Assembly (NCBI GenBank): GCA_964449215.1
Contig: CAYVAH010000008.1
Location: 1-23,693 of the forward strand
Source: Candidatus Undinarchaeota archaeon
GTDB lineage: Archaea; SpSt-1190
Direction of reading: 5' to 3'
Length of the DNA stretch: 23,693 nt
Shown here piece after piece: positions 6,895-15,494 of the stretch. Position numbers and translations under genes: made by a program. How positions within the stretch are numbered: position 1 is the first letter of the stretch; every line of letters starts with the position of its first letter. The notes beneath the pieces are model-generated. The model did no database searches. It worked only from the letters and a program-made list of their open reading frames with translations, and was not told the DNA's origin.

Positions 6895-9459
6895 ATGGCT
6901 ATGGACAAGAGCGAGCTTCGACGCATGTTCTCCACGCAGCCCGACAGGTTTTACAATGCCACCGTCCTCAAAGAAGCGGGGTTCGAGCGGAAAAAGTGCA
7001 AGAAATGTGGTGGGTGGTTCTGGTCCCTGGGAAAGGAGACATGTGGGGACACCCCCTGCGAGGGTGGATACCATTTCATAGGTGGCAGGGACCTGGGCTG
7101 GGACCTGATAACCACAATAGAAAAATGGGAGAGGTTTTTCGAGCGCCACCGCCACAGGGTAATTGAACCGTATCCCATAGTGGCAAGGTGGAGAGATGAC
7201 CTTTATTTTGTGATTGCAAGCATAGCGGACTTTCAGCCCTGGGTTCTCCGTGGCGTGGCAGAGCCACCGGGAAACCCCCTAGTGGTCAGCCAGCCATGCC
7301 TCAGGTTCAACGACCTCGACAACGTCGGGCGCACCGGGCGCCACCTTAGCATGTTCTTCATGGGGGGACAGCACGCCTTTAACCTGCACGACTACTGGAT
7401 TAATGAAACCCTCCACTTCGGATTCAAGTTTCTGACAGATGTCCTCAAGATACCCCCTGAAAAAATCACATACAAGGAGGACGTATGGTCCGGCGGGGGA
7501 AACTTCGGCCCCAGTATGGAAGCATTCGCCGATGGCATGGAGATTGTCAACCACGTGTTCATGCAATTCGAGGAAACAGAAGGGGGGTACAGGGAAATGA
7601 GCACACGTGTCGTTGACACGGGGTGGGGCCTGGAAAGGATAGCCTGGTTCGCTTCAAAAAAGGCCAATATTTACGAGGCAATATTTCCAAGCATAGCCAA
7701 GCTCCGGCACGACCTGGGAATCTCCGTGGACTTCAACGATCCACTGTGGTCAAAAATAGGTCTCTATGATGTGAGTGAAGGGGCACCAATGCCAGCCGAC
7801 ATACGGAAGAAGATGGAAGAGATGAAACCCCTGCAGGAGCTTTACACCATTCTGGACCATACCCGGGGACTCGCCTTCGCCCTGGCGGGTGGGGCAATCC
7901 CGAGCAACGTCGGGGGCGGTTACAATCTCCGGGTCCTGCTCCGAAGGGTGTTCAGCATAATTGAAAAGAACAAGTTTGACCTTTCCCCCTCAAGGCTGAT
8001 AAAGACACATGCCCGGTATTTCTCCCGAAGGTTCAAGAGCCTGAAAAACCTGCCGGACATCCCGGATATTGTAGAAGTGGAATTTGAAAGATACAAGGAA
8101 AGTAAAAAGAGAGGCAAAGACCTCCTGGTCAAGTATCTCAAGAAAGGAATTCTCCAGAAAAAACTTGTTGAGCTCTATGAATCCCATGGTGTCCCCCCGG
8201 AAATGGCGGTCGAGATTGCGAGGGAACACGGGAAGAAGCTGAAGGTCCCGGAGGACTTCTACTCAAAAGCCGAAGTGAAAAAGAAGGTCAAAAAACTGAA
8301 GGGAGGAAGGGAACTGCCGGAAAGCAAAGAGCTGTTTTATGACAGACCGCCGGAAGAACCTTTCGAGGCAAAGGTCCTCTGGAGCTCTGAAAATGAGGTG
8401 GTGCTGGACGAGACCTCCTTTTATCCAACAGGGGGCGGTCAGGTGCACGACACGGGGGTCCTGGAATGGAAGGGTGAAGAGGCAAAGGTAAAGGATGTCT
8501 GCAGGGAAGGAAAGGCCATAGTCCATCTGCTTGACAGGAAAGCTCCCCCTACCGGCACCAGGGTGAAAGGAAGGGTTGATGCGGAGAGGAGGAGGGACAT
8601 AATGAGGCATCACACCGCAGTTCACCTGATAAATGGTGCTGCAACCAAGGTGCTTGGAAACCATGTGTGGCAGGCCGGGTCCGAGAAGACTCAAAAGAAG
8701 GCAAGGCTGGACATAACACATTACAAGCCTGTAACGGAGGAGGAAGTCAGAAGAATCGAAAAACTCGCGAACGAAGCCGTGCTGAAAAACCTCAAGGTCC
8801 GGAAGATGGTCCTGCCAAGGACTGCAGCAGAACAGAGGTTTGGCTTCCGCATCTACCAGGGTGGTGCCATCCCAGGAGCAAAGCTCAGAACAATAGAGGT
8901 GCCCGGTTATGACACGGAAGCCTGTGGTGGAACACACTGTGACTACACCGGGGAAATAGGAATGATACGGATAACGGACACAAAGAGGATACAGGACGGT
9001 GTTGTCCGGATAGAGCTGGTGGCGGGGATGCGGAGCCTTGAAAGGTTCTGGAAGTCAGAGAAGTTGCTGAGGGAAGCAGCAGAAGTTGCGGGCACGAAGC
9101 CGGAGGACCTGACAAAATCGGTGGAAAAACTCAAAAGGAGAATCAAAAGATTGCAGAGAGGGGGAGATGTGGAGCTCAAAGGCAAAAAGGTCAAGTGGGC
9201 GGTGGTGGACATGCCCTTCAGACAGATGGAAAACCTGGCAAAGAAAAAACTCAAAGAAGCAGAAGCTGTGGTAATGGTGAGCAGGGAAGGAGGAGTCTGC
9301 GTGGTGTCAGGGGGCAAGGTCAGTGCGGTCAGGCTCGCAAAAAAGATATCGAAGAAGCTGGGCGCGGATGCCGGAGGGAATGAAAAGGTTGCCAGGGGTG
9401 GGGCGAGGAATGTTAAAAATGCCGAGAAGGTTCTTAGAGAAATATGCGAAAGACCCTGA
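6895..9459 (+). CDS. alaS: Alanine--tRNA ligase (archaeal type)
   Basis: N-terminal Zn motif 'CKKC...CGDTPC', 'ARWRDDLYFVIASIADFQP', 'DNVGRTGRH', 'VDTGWGLER', 'FYPTGGGQ', editing motifs 'HTAVH' and 'CGGTH', short C-Ala domain. Confidence 0.98.
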   Translation: MAMDKSELRRMFSTQPDRFYNATVLKEAGFERKKCKKCGGWFWSLGKETCGDTPCEGGYHFIGGRDLGWDLITTIEKWERFFERHRHRVIEPYPIVARWRDDLYFVIASIADFQPWVLRGVAEPPGNPLVVSQPCLRFNDLDNVGRTGRHLSMFFMGGQHAFNLHDYWINETLHFGFKFLTDVLKIPPEKITYKEDVWSGGGNFGPSMEAFADGMEIVNHVFMQFEETEGGYREMSTRVVDTGWGLERIAWFASKKANIYEAIFPSIAKLRHDLGISVDFNDPLWSKIGLYDVSEGAPMPADIRKKMEEMKPLQELYTILDHTRGLAFALAGGAIPSNVGGGYNLRVLLRRVFSIIEKNKFDLSPSRLIKTHARYFSRRFKSLKNLPDIPDIVEVEFERYKESKKRGKDLLVKYLKKGILQKKLVELYESHGVPPEMAVEIAREHGKKLKVPEDFYSKAEVKKKVKKLKGGRELPESKELFYDRPPEEPFEAKVLWSSENEVVLDETSFYPTGGGQVHDTGVLEWKGEEAKVKDVCREGKAIVHLLDRKAPPTGTRVKGRVDAERRRDIMRHHTAVHLINGAATKVLGNHVWQAGSEKTQKKARLDITHYKPVTEEEVRRIEKLANEAVLKNLKVRKMVLPRTAAEQRFGFRIYQGGAIPGAKLRTIEVPGYDTEACGGTHCDYTGEIGMIRITDTKRIQDGVVRIELVAGMRSLERFWKSEKLLREAAEVAGTKPEDLTKSVEKLKRRIKRLQRGGDVELKGKKVKWAVVDMPFRQMENLAKKKLKEAEAVVMVSREGGVCVVSGGKVSAVRLAKKISKKLGADAGGNEKVARGGARNVKNAEKVLREICERP

Positions 9460-9467
9460 GAAGAAAC

Positions 9468-10388
9468 TTAACTTTTACCGAGTTTTTTGAGCCGGGCCTC
9501 AAACACATCCCACTTGTCCTTCCAGACCCAGCCACCACTGGCCCTCGGGTGCCCTCCTCCTTCCCCAATTCCCTTGGTGAGCTCTGGCACCAGCCTGTCC
9601 AGAGCATCTGCGTTCCGGAAGCTCAGCCTGACCTTATCCTCCTCATCCTGCGCCACAACCACCATGCGGTCGGGGTACTCGTCCTTCGCCCTTCCCGCCA
9701 CAAGGCTCTTGATTCTGTATGGGGAACTGAACCGGAGCAGCGCATAGCCGGGGGTAACCTGCTCGTTGCCAAAGACACGGTCAAGCTCCCCCAGAACCAC
9801 TGCCTTGGTCTTCTTCAGCTTCCTCGCCTTTCCCTTGCCCTCATAGAACTGCCTCCATCCCCTTGCGGACTTCAACGCCTCAAGAGCATAGAGCGCTCCC
9901 TTCGAGCGCTCCACCGAGATAACGGACTCCAGCATGAGAATCATTTCACCTATCTTGTGGTGCGTCAGGACCCGATTATCGACCTCAGGAACAAGCTCCG
10001 GGTATTCCTCCTTCACAACATCCCAGAAGCCTGCGGGAACCCTGTCAGCGCACCAATCCCCCACCACACCAATGGCAGCAATCCACGACTCCTTCCGGTC
10101 GCCAAAAAGCAAATAGCTCAGGAAGGAGACGGGCCACTCAAAGCCGGCACCCCTGGGGTTCGAATAGAAGCACCCCGGGCGCCTGGAAACGTGATGGTCA
10201 ATTACCAGATTCCACTTCCCACGGGCATCCACCTTCGATATGTCCAGAGCTATCGCCTCGCCCCGGAGTTCAACAGTTGCACCGAGGCTCGGGTGGAGAG
10301 AATAACGGCAGAAACGGTCAAGCTCCTTGGACACAAAAAAGGCCGAAACAACACCATCACAATCCGCATGGAAATGCAGCTTTATCAC
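9468..10388 (-). CDS. DHH/DHHA1 family phosphoesterase (RecJ/NrnA-like nuclease)
   Basis: 'HADCDG', 'ALDI', 'VIDHH', 'GVVGD', DHHA1 'RLSFR...GGGHPRASG'. Confidence 0.88.
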   Translation of the reverse strand: MIKLHFHADCDGVVSAFFVSKELDRFCRYSLHPSLGATVELRGEAIALDISKVDARGKWNLVIDHHVSRRPGCFYSNPRGAGFEWPVSFLSYLLFGDRKESWIAAIGVVGDWCADRVPAGFWDVVKEEYPELVPEVDNRVLTHHKIGEMILMLESVISVERSKGALYALEALKSARGWRQFYEGKGKARKLKKTKAVVLGELDRVFGNEQVTPGYALLRFSSPYRIKSLVAGRAKDEYPDRMVVVAQDEEDKVRLSFRNADALDRLVPELTKGIGEGGGHPRASGGWVWKDKWDVFEARLKKLGKS

Positions 10389-10407
10389 TCCAGAAAGAGC
10401 GAGAAAA

Positions 10408-10416
10408 CTATATAAG
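10408..10416. promoter_or_regulatory. Bidirectional TATA element (CTATATAAG) between the DHH gene and the pilin operon
   Basis: Reads TATATAAG at -29 from ATG 10438 (+) and TTATATAG at -27 from GTG 10388 (-). Purine-rich BRE-like GAGAAAA upstream on +. Confidence 0.6.
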
Positions 10417-10437
10417 TTTATAGCAGTTTTAAAGCTG

Positions 10438-10920
10438 ATGGCGAGAGAAACGACACCCGTAACTTCCTTGAAGGCCCTGAAAGATGATGTGGCAGCCCTT
10501 AAGAGGCAAGCAAAGCAGATGGACGCAAAACTTATCCTGAGACTCCTGGACTATGTTGAATCGAGAGAGAAACTCACCAGGGACCTCTTAATCCATATGA
10601 ACGCGGTCGAAGGGCATATAGTCAGGGTGACCGAGATAATGCAGAAGCTTCCACAGGTTAATGTGGGGCTGCTCGCGGACTCCCTGCAAGCAATGATACC
10701 GAAACTCGATGAAATTGCATACAACACGCGGAAAATGGTGGACTACCTCGAGGTAGCAGCCGAAATTGAACCGGAGGAAAAACCAAAGAAAGAGAAGCCC
10801 GTAGAGGAAAAAAAAGCGGAACCCAAGGAGCAGCTGAAGAAGATAGAAGAACAGAACAAACAGCTGATAGGAGCCCTCGAAAACCTCTCGGAAAACCTGG
10901 AAAAGATGGGGAGTAAATGA
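10438..10920 (+). CDS. Hypothetical coiled-coil protein (160 aa), first gene of the pilin-like operon
   Basis: Heptad-rich helices, E/K/P linker 'EPEEKPKKEKPVEEKKAEPKE', no TM segment. ATGA overlap with the next gene. ATG 10438 chosen to avoid overlap with the DHH gene. Confidence 0.75.
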   Translation: MARETTPVTSLKALKDDVAALKRQAKQMDAKLILRLLDYVESREKLTRDLLIHMNAVEGHIVRVTEIMQKLPQVNVGLLADSLQAMIPKLDEIAYNTRKMVDYLEVAAEIEPEEKPKKEKPVEEKKAEPKEQLKKIEEQNKQLIGALENLSENLEKMGSK

Positions 10921-11375
10921 AGGGAGCAACACCGATTGTGGCGGTCATACTTCTTTTGCTGATTACAATAGCCGCAGGAGGCTCCACCTACCTATGGCTG
11001 AGCAGGACACAGAACAAACTTTTCACCCAGACAACCACAGGGATAGAGGAGAGCGGAAAGGACGTATATGGGAAGCTCACAATAGTTAGTGTGTGGAATG
11101 AAACCACAAGGCTTTGCATCCTGATTCGCAACGGCTCGGACCAGGACATAACCTACAAGGCTTCCGACCTGCAAAAGATGGCAGTGCTGATGGACAAGGT
11201 GCCGTGCGAATTCAACACCTCCGCCCTCCATGATATAAGGCAAAGTGAGGTCGTCAGCTTCTGTGTGGATAACTCCACCTCACAGTGCCGCTACGATGGG
11301 ACGGAATCCTCCATCCTCGTGGACGTGGAACCGCCCTTTGGAAATGGTGATGAATATGAGTTCACATACCCTTAG
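10917..11375 (+). CDS. Archaeal type IV pilin/archaellin-like protein (class III signal peptide)
   Basis: 'MKG|ATPIVAVILLLLITIAAGGSTYLWL', a typical archaeal pilin N-terminus. Four Cys in the globular domain. Confidence 0.85.
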   Translation: MKGATPIVAVILLLLITIAAGGSTYLWLSRTQNKLFTQTTTGIEESGKDVYGKLTIVSVWNETTRLCILIRNGSDQDITYKASDLQKMAVLMDKVPCEFNTSALHDIRQSEVVSFCVDNSTSQCRYDGTESSILVDVEPPFGNGDEYEFTYP

Positions 11376-12024
11376 AGGAGTCAGCGAGCTGGTCGGCAAT
11401 GTGCTGATGCTCCTGGTAGTCACAGGCCTCATCTCCCAAGCCTTTCTTTACGGCATGCCAATACTGAGAAAAAGGATGGACCAGGCAACGGTTTCATACC
11501 TTGAAGAGGCACTGGATGACCTTTCAAATGCAATAGAGTCCGTCGCCCAGAGTGGCGGTGAGACAACAGTGCGGCTGGAGTCCCAGTCGCGTTTCGGGAC
11601 GCCACCGGAAATAAAGGTCACGCAGGACTCAAACGGGTATTACCTGGAGCTCAGAGGAGCTTCCGAGGTGGCACATTACGCCCCCTTTGACGTCCCGCTG
11701 AACGACTTCATAGAACCCGTCAAAAGCGGGGAACTTGTTCCGGGAACCCTCGGCGTCAACAAGGGTGTTGTCCTTACAGGAAGGTCCACAAGGCTCGCCG
11801 GGGGGATAAGAACGGTCATGACCCTCCGCCCAAGGCCCATAAGGGATGCCACAAAAGACATTCTCACGCTTATTGAGCTCACACCCGCCACCGGGAAAAG
11901 CACAAAGACCACCCTCCCCACAAATGTTTATCTGAGAAGGAGCGGAGAACGACTGGAATCCACACAGGAGAGCAACCGGACCGTCACCTACAACATTATT
12001 ACGGTTGAGGTAGGATTCGAATGA
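11356..12024 (+). CDS. Type IV pilin-like protein (class III signal peptide), probable minor pilin
   Basis: 'LRG|VSELVGNVLMLLVVTGLISQAFLYGMP' followed by an amphipathic helix. SD GGTGA 5 nt before ATG 11356. Confidence 0.8.
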   Translation: MSSHTLRGVSELVGNVLMLLVVTGLISQAFLYGMPILRKRMDQATVSYLEEALDDLSNAIESVAQSGGETTVRLESQSRFGTPPEIKVTQDSNGYYLELRGASEVAHYAPFDVPLNDFIEPVKSGELVPGTLGVNKGVVLTGRSTRLAGGIRTVMTLRPRPIRDATKDILTLIELTPATGKSTKTTLPTNVYLRRSGERLESTQESNRTVTYNIITVEVGFE

Positions 12025-12434
12025 AAGGGGTCAGTCCCGTTGTTGAAACGGTGCTGATGGCGGCGGCGATCATCCTTTTCCTGATTTATCTCGTCGGTGC
12101 CTTCAACGACTTCACCACCCTCGTCGGAAATGAAAGAACAAGAACGGCGCTGGCTGTTGACTCCAGCAAGGTTATCCACGCCATCCTCCTGGCCAGAAGA
12201 GAAGTGGGGGCGGGAAGCTCGAAGTTCTACCTGGAACTGGCGGATATCCCCTCCGAGATAAAAGTCCAGGGGGGGCGCATAATAGCAAAAACCAGAAAGG
12301 GACTGATAAAGGTCAACACTTCCCTGTATAACATGGACTCCTACGTGAATTTCACGGGAAAGATCATAAACGCAAAGGGACTCAAGCCATATGTTTCGAG
12401 CTCGGGGGACACAATAACGCTGGGGGTGGAGTGA
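12021..12434 (+). CDS. Type IV pilin-like protein (class III signal peptide), probable minor pilin
   Basis: 'MKG|VSPVVETVLMAAAIILFLIYLVGAF'. ATGA overlap with the upstream gene. Confidence 0.8.
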   Translation: MKGVSPVVETVLMAAAIILFLIYLVGAFNDFTTLVGNERTRTALAVDSSKVIHAILLARREVGAGSSKFYLELADIPSEIKVQGGRIIAKTRKGLIKVNTSLYNMDSYVNFTGKIINAKGLKPYVSSSGDTITLGVE

Positions 12435-12997
12435 TGCTTCTCTGGAAAGGGGCGGAAGCCCTGGTCTACCTCAAGGACGGGGTGGTTGTGAAGGAAAGGG
12501 TAAAAAAGGGTTACAGGCACCCGGAAATAGACAGGAGGTTGCGCAGGGAGAGGAACAGGAAGGAAGCCCGCATGATGAGAAGAGCGGCTGGAGGATTGAG
12601 AGTCCCCAAACTGCTCGAGACAGGAGAATTCGAAATAAAAATGGAATTTGTGGACGGAACTCCCCTGAGAGAGCTCAAGAAACTCCCTGCAAGAAAGATG
12701 GGGAGGACTGTATCCGCCCTGCACTCGCTCGGGATAGCCCATGGAGACCTGACAACTTCCAACATGCTCCTGAAGGACGGGGAAATCGTGTTGATAGATT
12801 TCGGCCTGGCGGACTGGGGACGGGTCGAGGACTTCGCCACCGACCTGAAGGTCCTTTTTGAAGCGGCGGAAGCCATGCAGGAATTCTCCAGGGAGGATTT
12901 TCTGGATGAATATGGAAAGACACCGGGGAGCGAAAAAGTCCTGAAAAGACTTGAGCGGGTATATAGCCGGGGGAGATACCTCAGTAGGTCCCGATAA
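12431..12997 (+). CDS. bud32: KEOPS complex kinase/ATPase Bud32 (stand-alone, not fused to Kae1)
   Basis: 'KGAEA', 'KERVKKGYRHPEID', 'HGDLTTSN', 'IDFGL', 'DLKV', C-terminal 'RGRY'. Confidence 0.94.
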   Translation: MMLLWKGAEALVYLKDGVVVKERVKKGYRHPEIDRRLRRERNRKEARMMRRAAGGLRVPKLLETGEFEIKMEFVDGTPLRELKKLPARKMGRTVSALHSLGIAHGDLTTSNMLLKDGEIVLIDFGLADWGRVEDFATDLKVLFEAAEAMQEFSREDFLDEYGKTPGSEKVLKRLERVYSRGRYLSRSR

Positions 12998-14468
12998 TCA
13001 TCTCCCTGGAAACCAGAGGCGCATTTTCTTCCAGGAACTTCTCAATTGCCGGGACACGGGTGTCCACGGGAGTGTAAACCTTCATCAGGGTCCGCCCCTC
13101 CCGAACCTTCGATCCAGGGGGATACATGAGCTTCACACCCGCCCCTTTTATTCCCGGAGCGCCCGCCATCCTCGCCACCTTGGCAATCACCTCAGAGTCA
13201 TAGTAGAGGTAAGTCTGATCCTCCGGGACCGGATATTCAACCACATACTCCCCGAGCGGAATATCCCGGGGCTTCACTCCAGGATCCCCTTCCTGGGCCT
13301 CTATGATTTCCCGGAACTTCTTGTATGCCTTCCCACTTTTCAGGAGCTTCCAGGCAAGCTCACGACCGGAAGCCTTGCCGCCCAGCTCGAGGAGCTCCCC
13401 TGCCAGACCAACAGCTTTTTCTGTCAGGTCCTCAGGACCCTTGCCCCTCAGAACCTCTATCACATCTATGGCCTCAAGAGCCGGTCCGACCCCACTACCG
13501 ATTGGTTGAAAACCATCAGTCACAAGAGCACGAACTTCCATGTTCAGCTTGCTGCCCAGATACTTGAACCTGCTGGCGAGGTCCCTCGCAGAAGAGGCAT
13601 CCTTCACCTTCGCCCCGAGGGGTATGTCTATCAGCACCTTGTCCGCACCCACCGCCTTTTTCTTCGCCATTATCGAGGAAAGCAGGAAAGCCACAGGGTC
13701 AAGGCGGAGGGGGTACCGGAGCTTGAGAAGTATGTCATCAACGGGAGCGAGGTCAAGAGCACCGCCCCAGACCATGGCCGCCCCAACCTGCTTCACAAGG
13801 GACTTCAGCTCCTTGGCCGAGTAATCCACGCGGCAGAGAACCTCCAGCACGTCGGCGGTCCCGGCAGGGCTCGTTATCGCCCTGCTGCTGGTCTTCGGAA
13901 CAACAAAACCGGCAGCCGCCACTATCGGGACAACTATCGGGGTTGTCCTGTTGCCGGGAACGCCCCCTATGCAGTGCTTGTCCAGAACGAGCTTTCCGGG
14001 AAACCTTATGGTGCGTCCCGCATCAACCATCGCCCTAGTAAGCGCTTCCTCCTCCTCAAAGCTCAGGCGCTGAACGTAGGCACTCGCCACAAAATACGCG
14101 GACTCCACAGCACTCAGCTTGTTTTCCATCAGGTCGAAGACCACCTGCCTTATCTCCCCTCCCTTGAGGGGTGTGCCGAAAAGCCTTCGCTTTATCAAAT
14201 GGACTGAGTCCGGTTTCACCACAGGGCGGACATGAACCTCCTCTGGAATTTTCCCCCCCAGATAGTCACAGACCTCCTTCATGAAACCGATCTCTCCAGG
14301 AAGCGTTGAAAAGTCTGAAAGCTGAAGGACAGCTACAAAACTGCCCCCCTTCCAGAACACCTCCACCCTGTCTTCAAGGTGAATGTTCATGTCCCTTGCA
14401 TTCTGGCGGTTCATAACCACAACAAGGGAAGATCCACTTTCAACATCAAGCTTTTTTACCCTGAACAT
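12981..14468 (-). CDS. deoA: AMP phosphorylase (archaeal thymidine phosphorylase family)
   Basis: N-terminal extension domain, 'DKHCIGGVPGNRTT', 'PKTSSRAITSPAGTAD', 'WGGALDLAPVDD', 'SIMAKK', 'QPIGSGVGPALEA'. Confidence 0.95.
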   Translation of the reverse strand: MFRVKKLDVESGSSLVVVMNRQNARDMNIHLEDRVEVFWKGGSFVAVLQLSDFSTLPGEIGFMKEVCDYLGGKIPEEVHVRPVVKPDSVHLIKRRLFGTPLKGGEIRQVVFDLMENKLSAVESAYFVASAYVQRLSFEEEEALTRAMVDAGRTIRFPGKLVLDKHCIGGVPGNRTTPIVVPIVAAAGFVVPKTSSRAITSPAGTADVLEVLCRVDYSAKELKSLVKQVGAAMVWGGALDLAPVDDILLKLRYPLRLDPVAFLLSSIMAKKKAVGADKVLIDIPLGAKVKDASSARDLASRFKYLGSKLNMEVRALVTDGFQPIGSGVGPALEAIDVIEVLRGKGPEDLTEKAVGLAGELLELGGKASGRELAWKLLKSGKAYKKFREIIEAQEGDPGVKPRDIPLGEYVVEYPVPEDQTYLYYDSEVIAKVARMAGAPGIKGAGVKLMYPPGSKVREGRTLMKVYTPVDTRVPAIEKFLEENAPLVSREMIIGTY

Positions 14469-15453
14469 CCTTCCATCTCCTCAAACCCGCCACCCCGCCA
14501 AGCCCGTCGAGCCTGGCGAGGGCATCCTTGTTCCGGCCAATCAGCATTACCCTTCCCCCACTGTATTTTACCTTTTCTATAAGTTTGCGGAGAGAACCGT
14601 ATGTTCCCTCCCGCACGGAACTGGAGATGAGAGAGGAGGAGACCAGCATGAGAGACACGTTCCCCTGCCCGGCGAGAGTCTCAGCCTCTTGAAGTCCATA
14701 AAAAGCAACCCCCGGCTTTATGCCTGAGAAAACCTGCTCCATGGCCTTCTGCTCCTCTGCCTCGCGAAGCACCACACCCACCCTGTCAAGCACGCCACGG
14801 GAGAGAACCTCCCTGAGGCCCGGCTCCCCGACAGAGCTCGCACCCTCAACTATGACCTTCCCGAGTTCCCTCGCAAGCCTGTCCTTGGTAAAACCGGGAC
14901 CTGCAACGACCACGTATTTCGGGTTTATTTCCCTCAACCTGGCCTTTATTTCACCGAAGAACTGACCATAGTTCTCCTCACCGGAAAGCTTTGAAACAGA
15001 GCTGTGAACCCAGACACGGGAGGAGCCATGGGCAATCATAGCATCGTCCTTGTCAACAAGAACAAAAGCGACATCGGGTCTCTGAGACCTGGCCTCCTTG
15101 AGCATATCCAGTTCCAGGGGGCTGAAATCCTTGAACAGCTCAAGTCTGGAACCTGGCTCGACTGAGAAGGTGTGACTGCCCCTGACATCCTCGGGGCCCT
15201 CGACAATCTCCCCGGAAATACGGAGGGAAGAACTATACTCGTGGAACTTCAGGCTGGCAACCCTGAGTTTCAGCGTCATCGCCTTCCTTTCGGCTTCCAC
15301 CCTGTCCCCCAGCTGGAGCTTAACCTTGCGGCTGGAACGCATCTTCACAAGGTCCCCGGGATGGATTATCTCGGAGAGCAACCAGAGGTCGTCAAGATTC
15401 TCCGGGACGAGCTCAGCCGAGCCTTTTCGCATCTTTATTCGCACGAAACGCAT
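14446..15453 (-). CDS. pelA: mRNA surveillance/ribosome rescue protein Pelota (Dom34)
   Basis: 'PENLDDLWLL', 'LRISGEI', 'GSHTF', 'AGPGFTK', C-terminal 'LDGLGGVAGLRRW'. Confidence 0.93.
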   Translation of the reverse strand: MRFVRIKMRKGSAELVPENLDDLWLLSEIIHPGDLVKMRSSRKVKLQLGDRVEAERKAMTLKLRVASLKFHEYSSSLRISGEIVEGPEDVRGSHTFSVEPGSRLELFKDFSPLELDMLKEARSQRPDVAFVLVDKDDAMIAHGSSRVWVHSSVSKLSGEENYGQFFGEIKARLREINPKYVVVAGPGFTKDRLARELGKVIVEGASSVGEPGLREVLSRGVLDRVGVVLREAEEQKAMEQVFSGIKPGVAFYGLQEAETLAGQGNVSLMLVSSSLISSSVREGTYGSLRKLIEKVKYSGGRVMLIGRNKDALARLDGLGGVAGLRRWKDVQGKKA

Positions 15454-15464
15454 TATCTCGCTAC

Positions 15465-15473
15465 TTTTAAATA
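15465..15473 (+). promoter_or_regulatory. TATA box TTTTAAATA for the 15495 gene
   Basis: First T at -30 from GTG 15495. Confidence 0.5.
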
Positions 15474-15494
15474 CTAAGCTTGTTTTTTTCTCCT

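Noticed and set aside
9444..10415. 323-aa plus-strand ORF
   Set aside because: Antisense shadow of the DHH gene.
10770..10860. A/G-rich quasi-repetitive DNA
   Set aside because: Explained by the Glu/Lys-rich linker of the coiled-coil protein; not a true repeat array.
10917..12434. Archaellum (flagellin) operon
   Set aside because: No arlF/G/H/I/J in the window, and the C-terminal domains are not recognisably archaellin, so these were called pilin-like only.
12951..14207. 418-aa plus-strand ORF
   Set aside because: Antisense shadow of AMP phosphorylase, with H/L/P/R-rich composition and no motifs.
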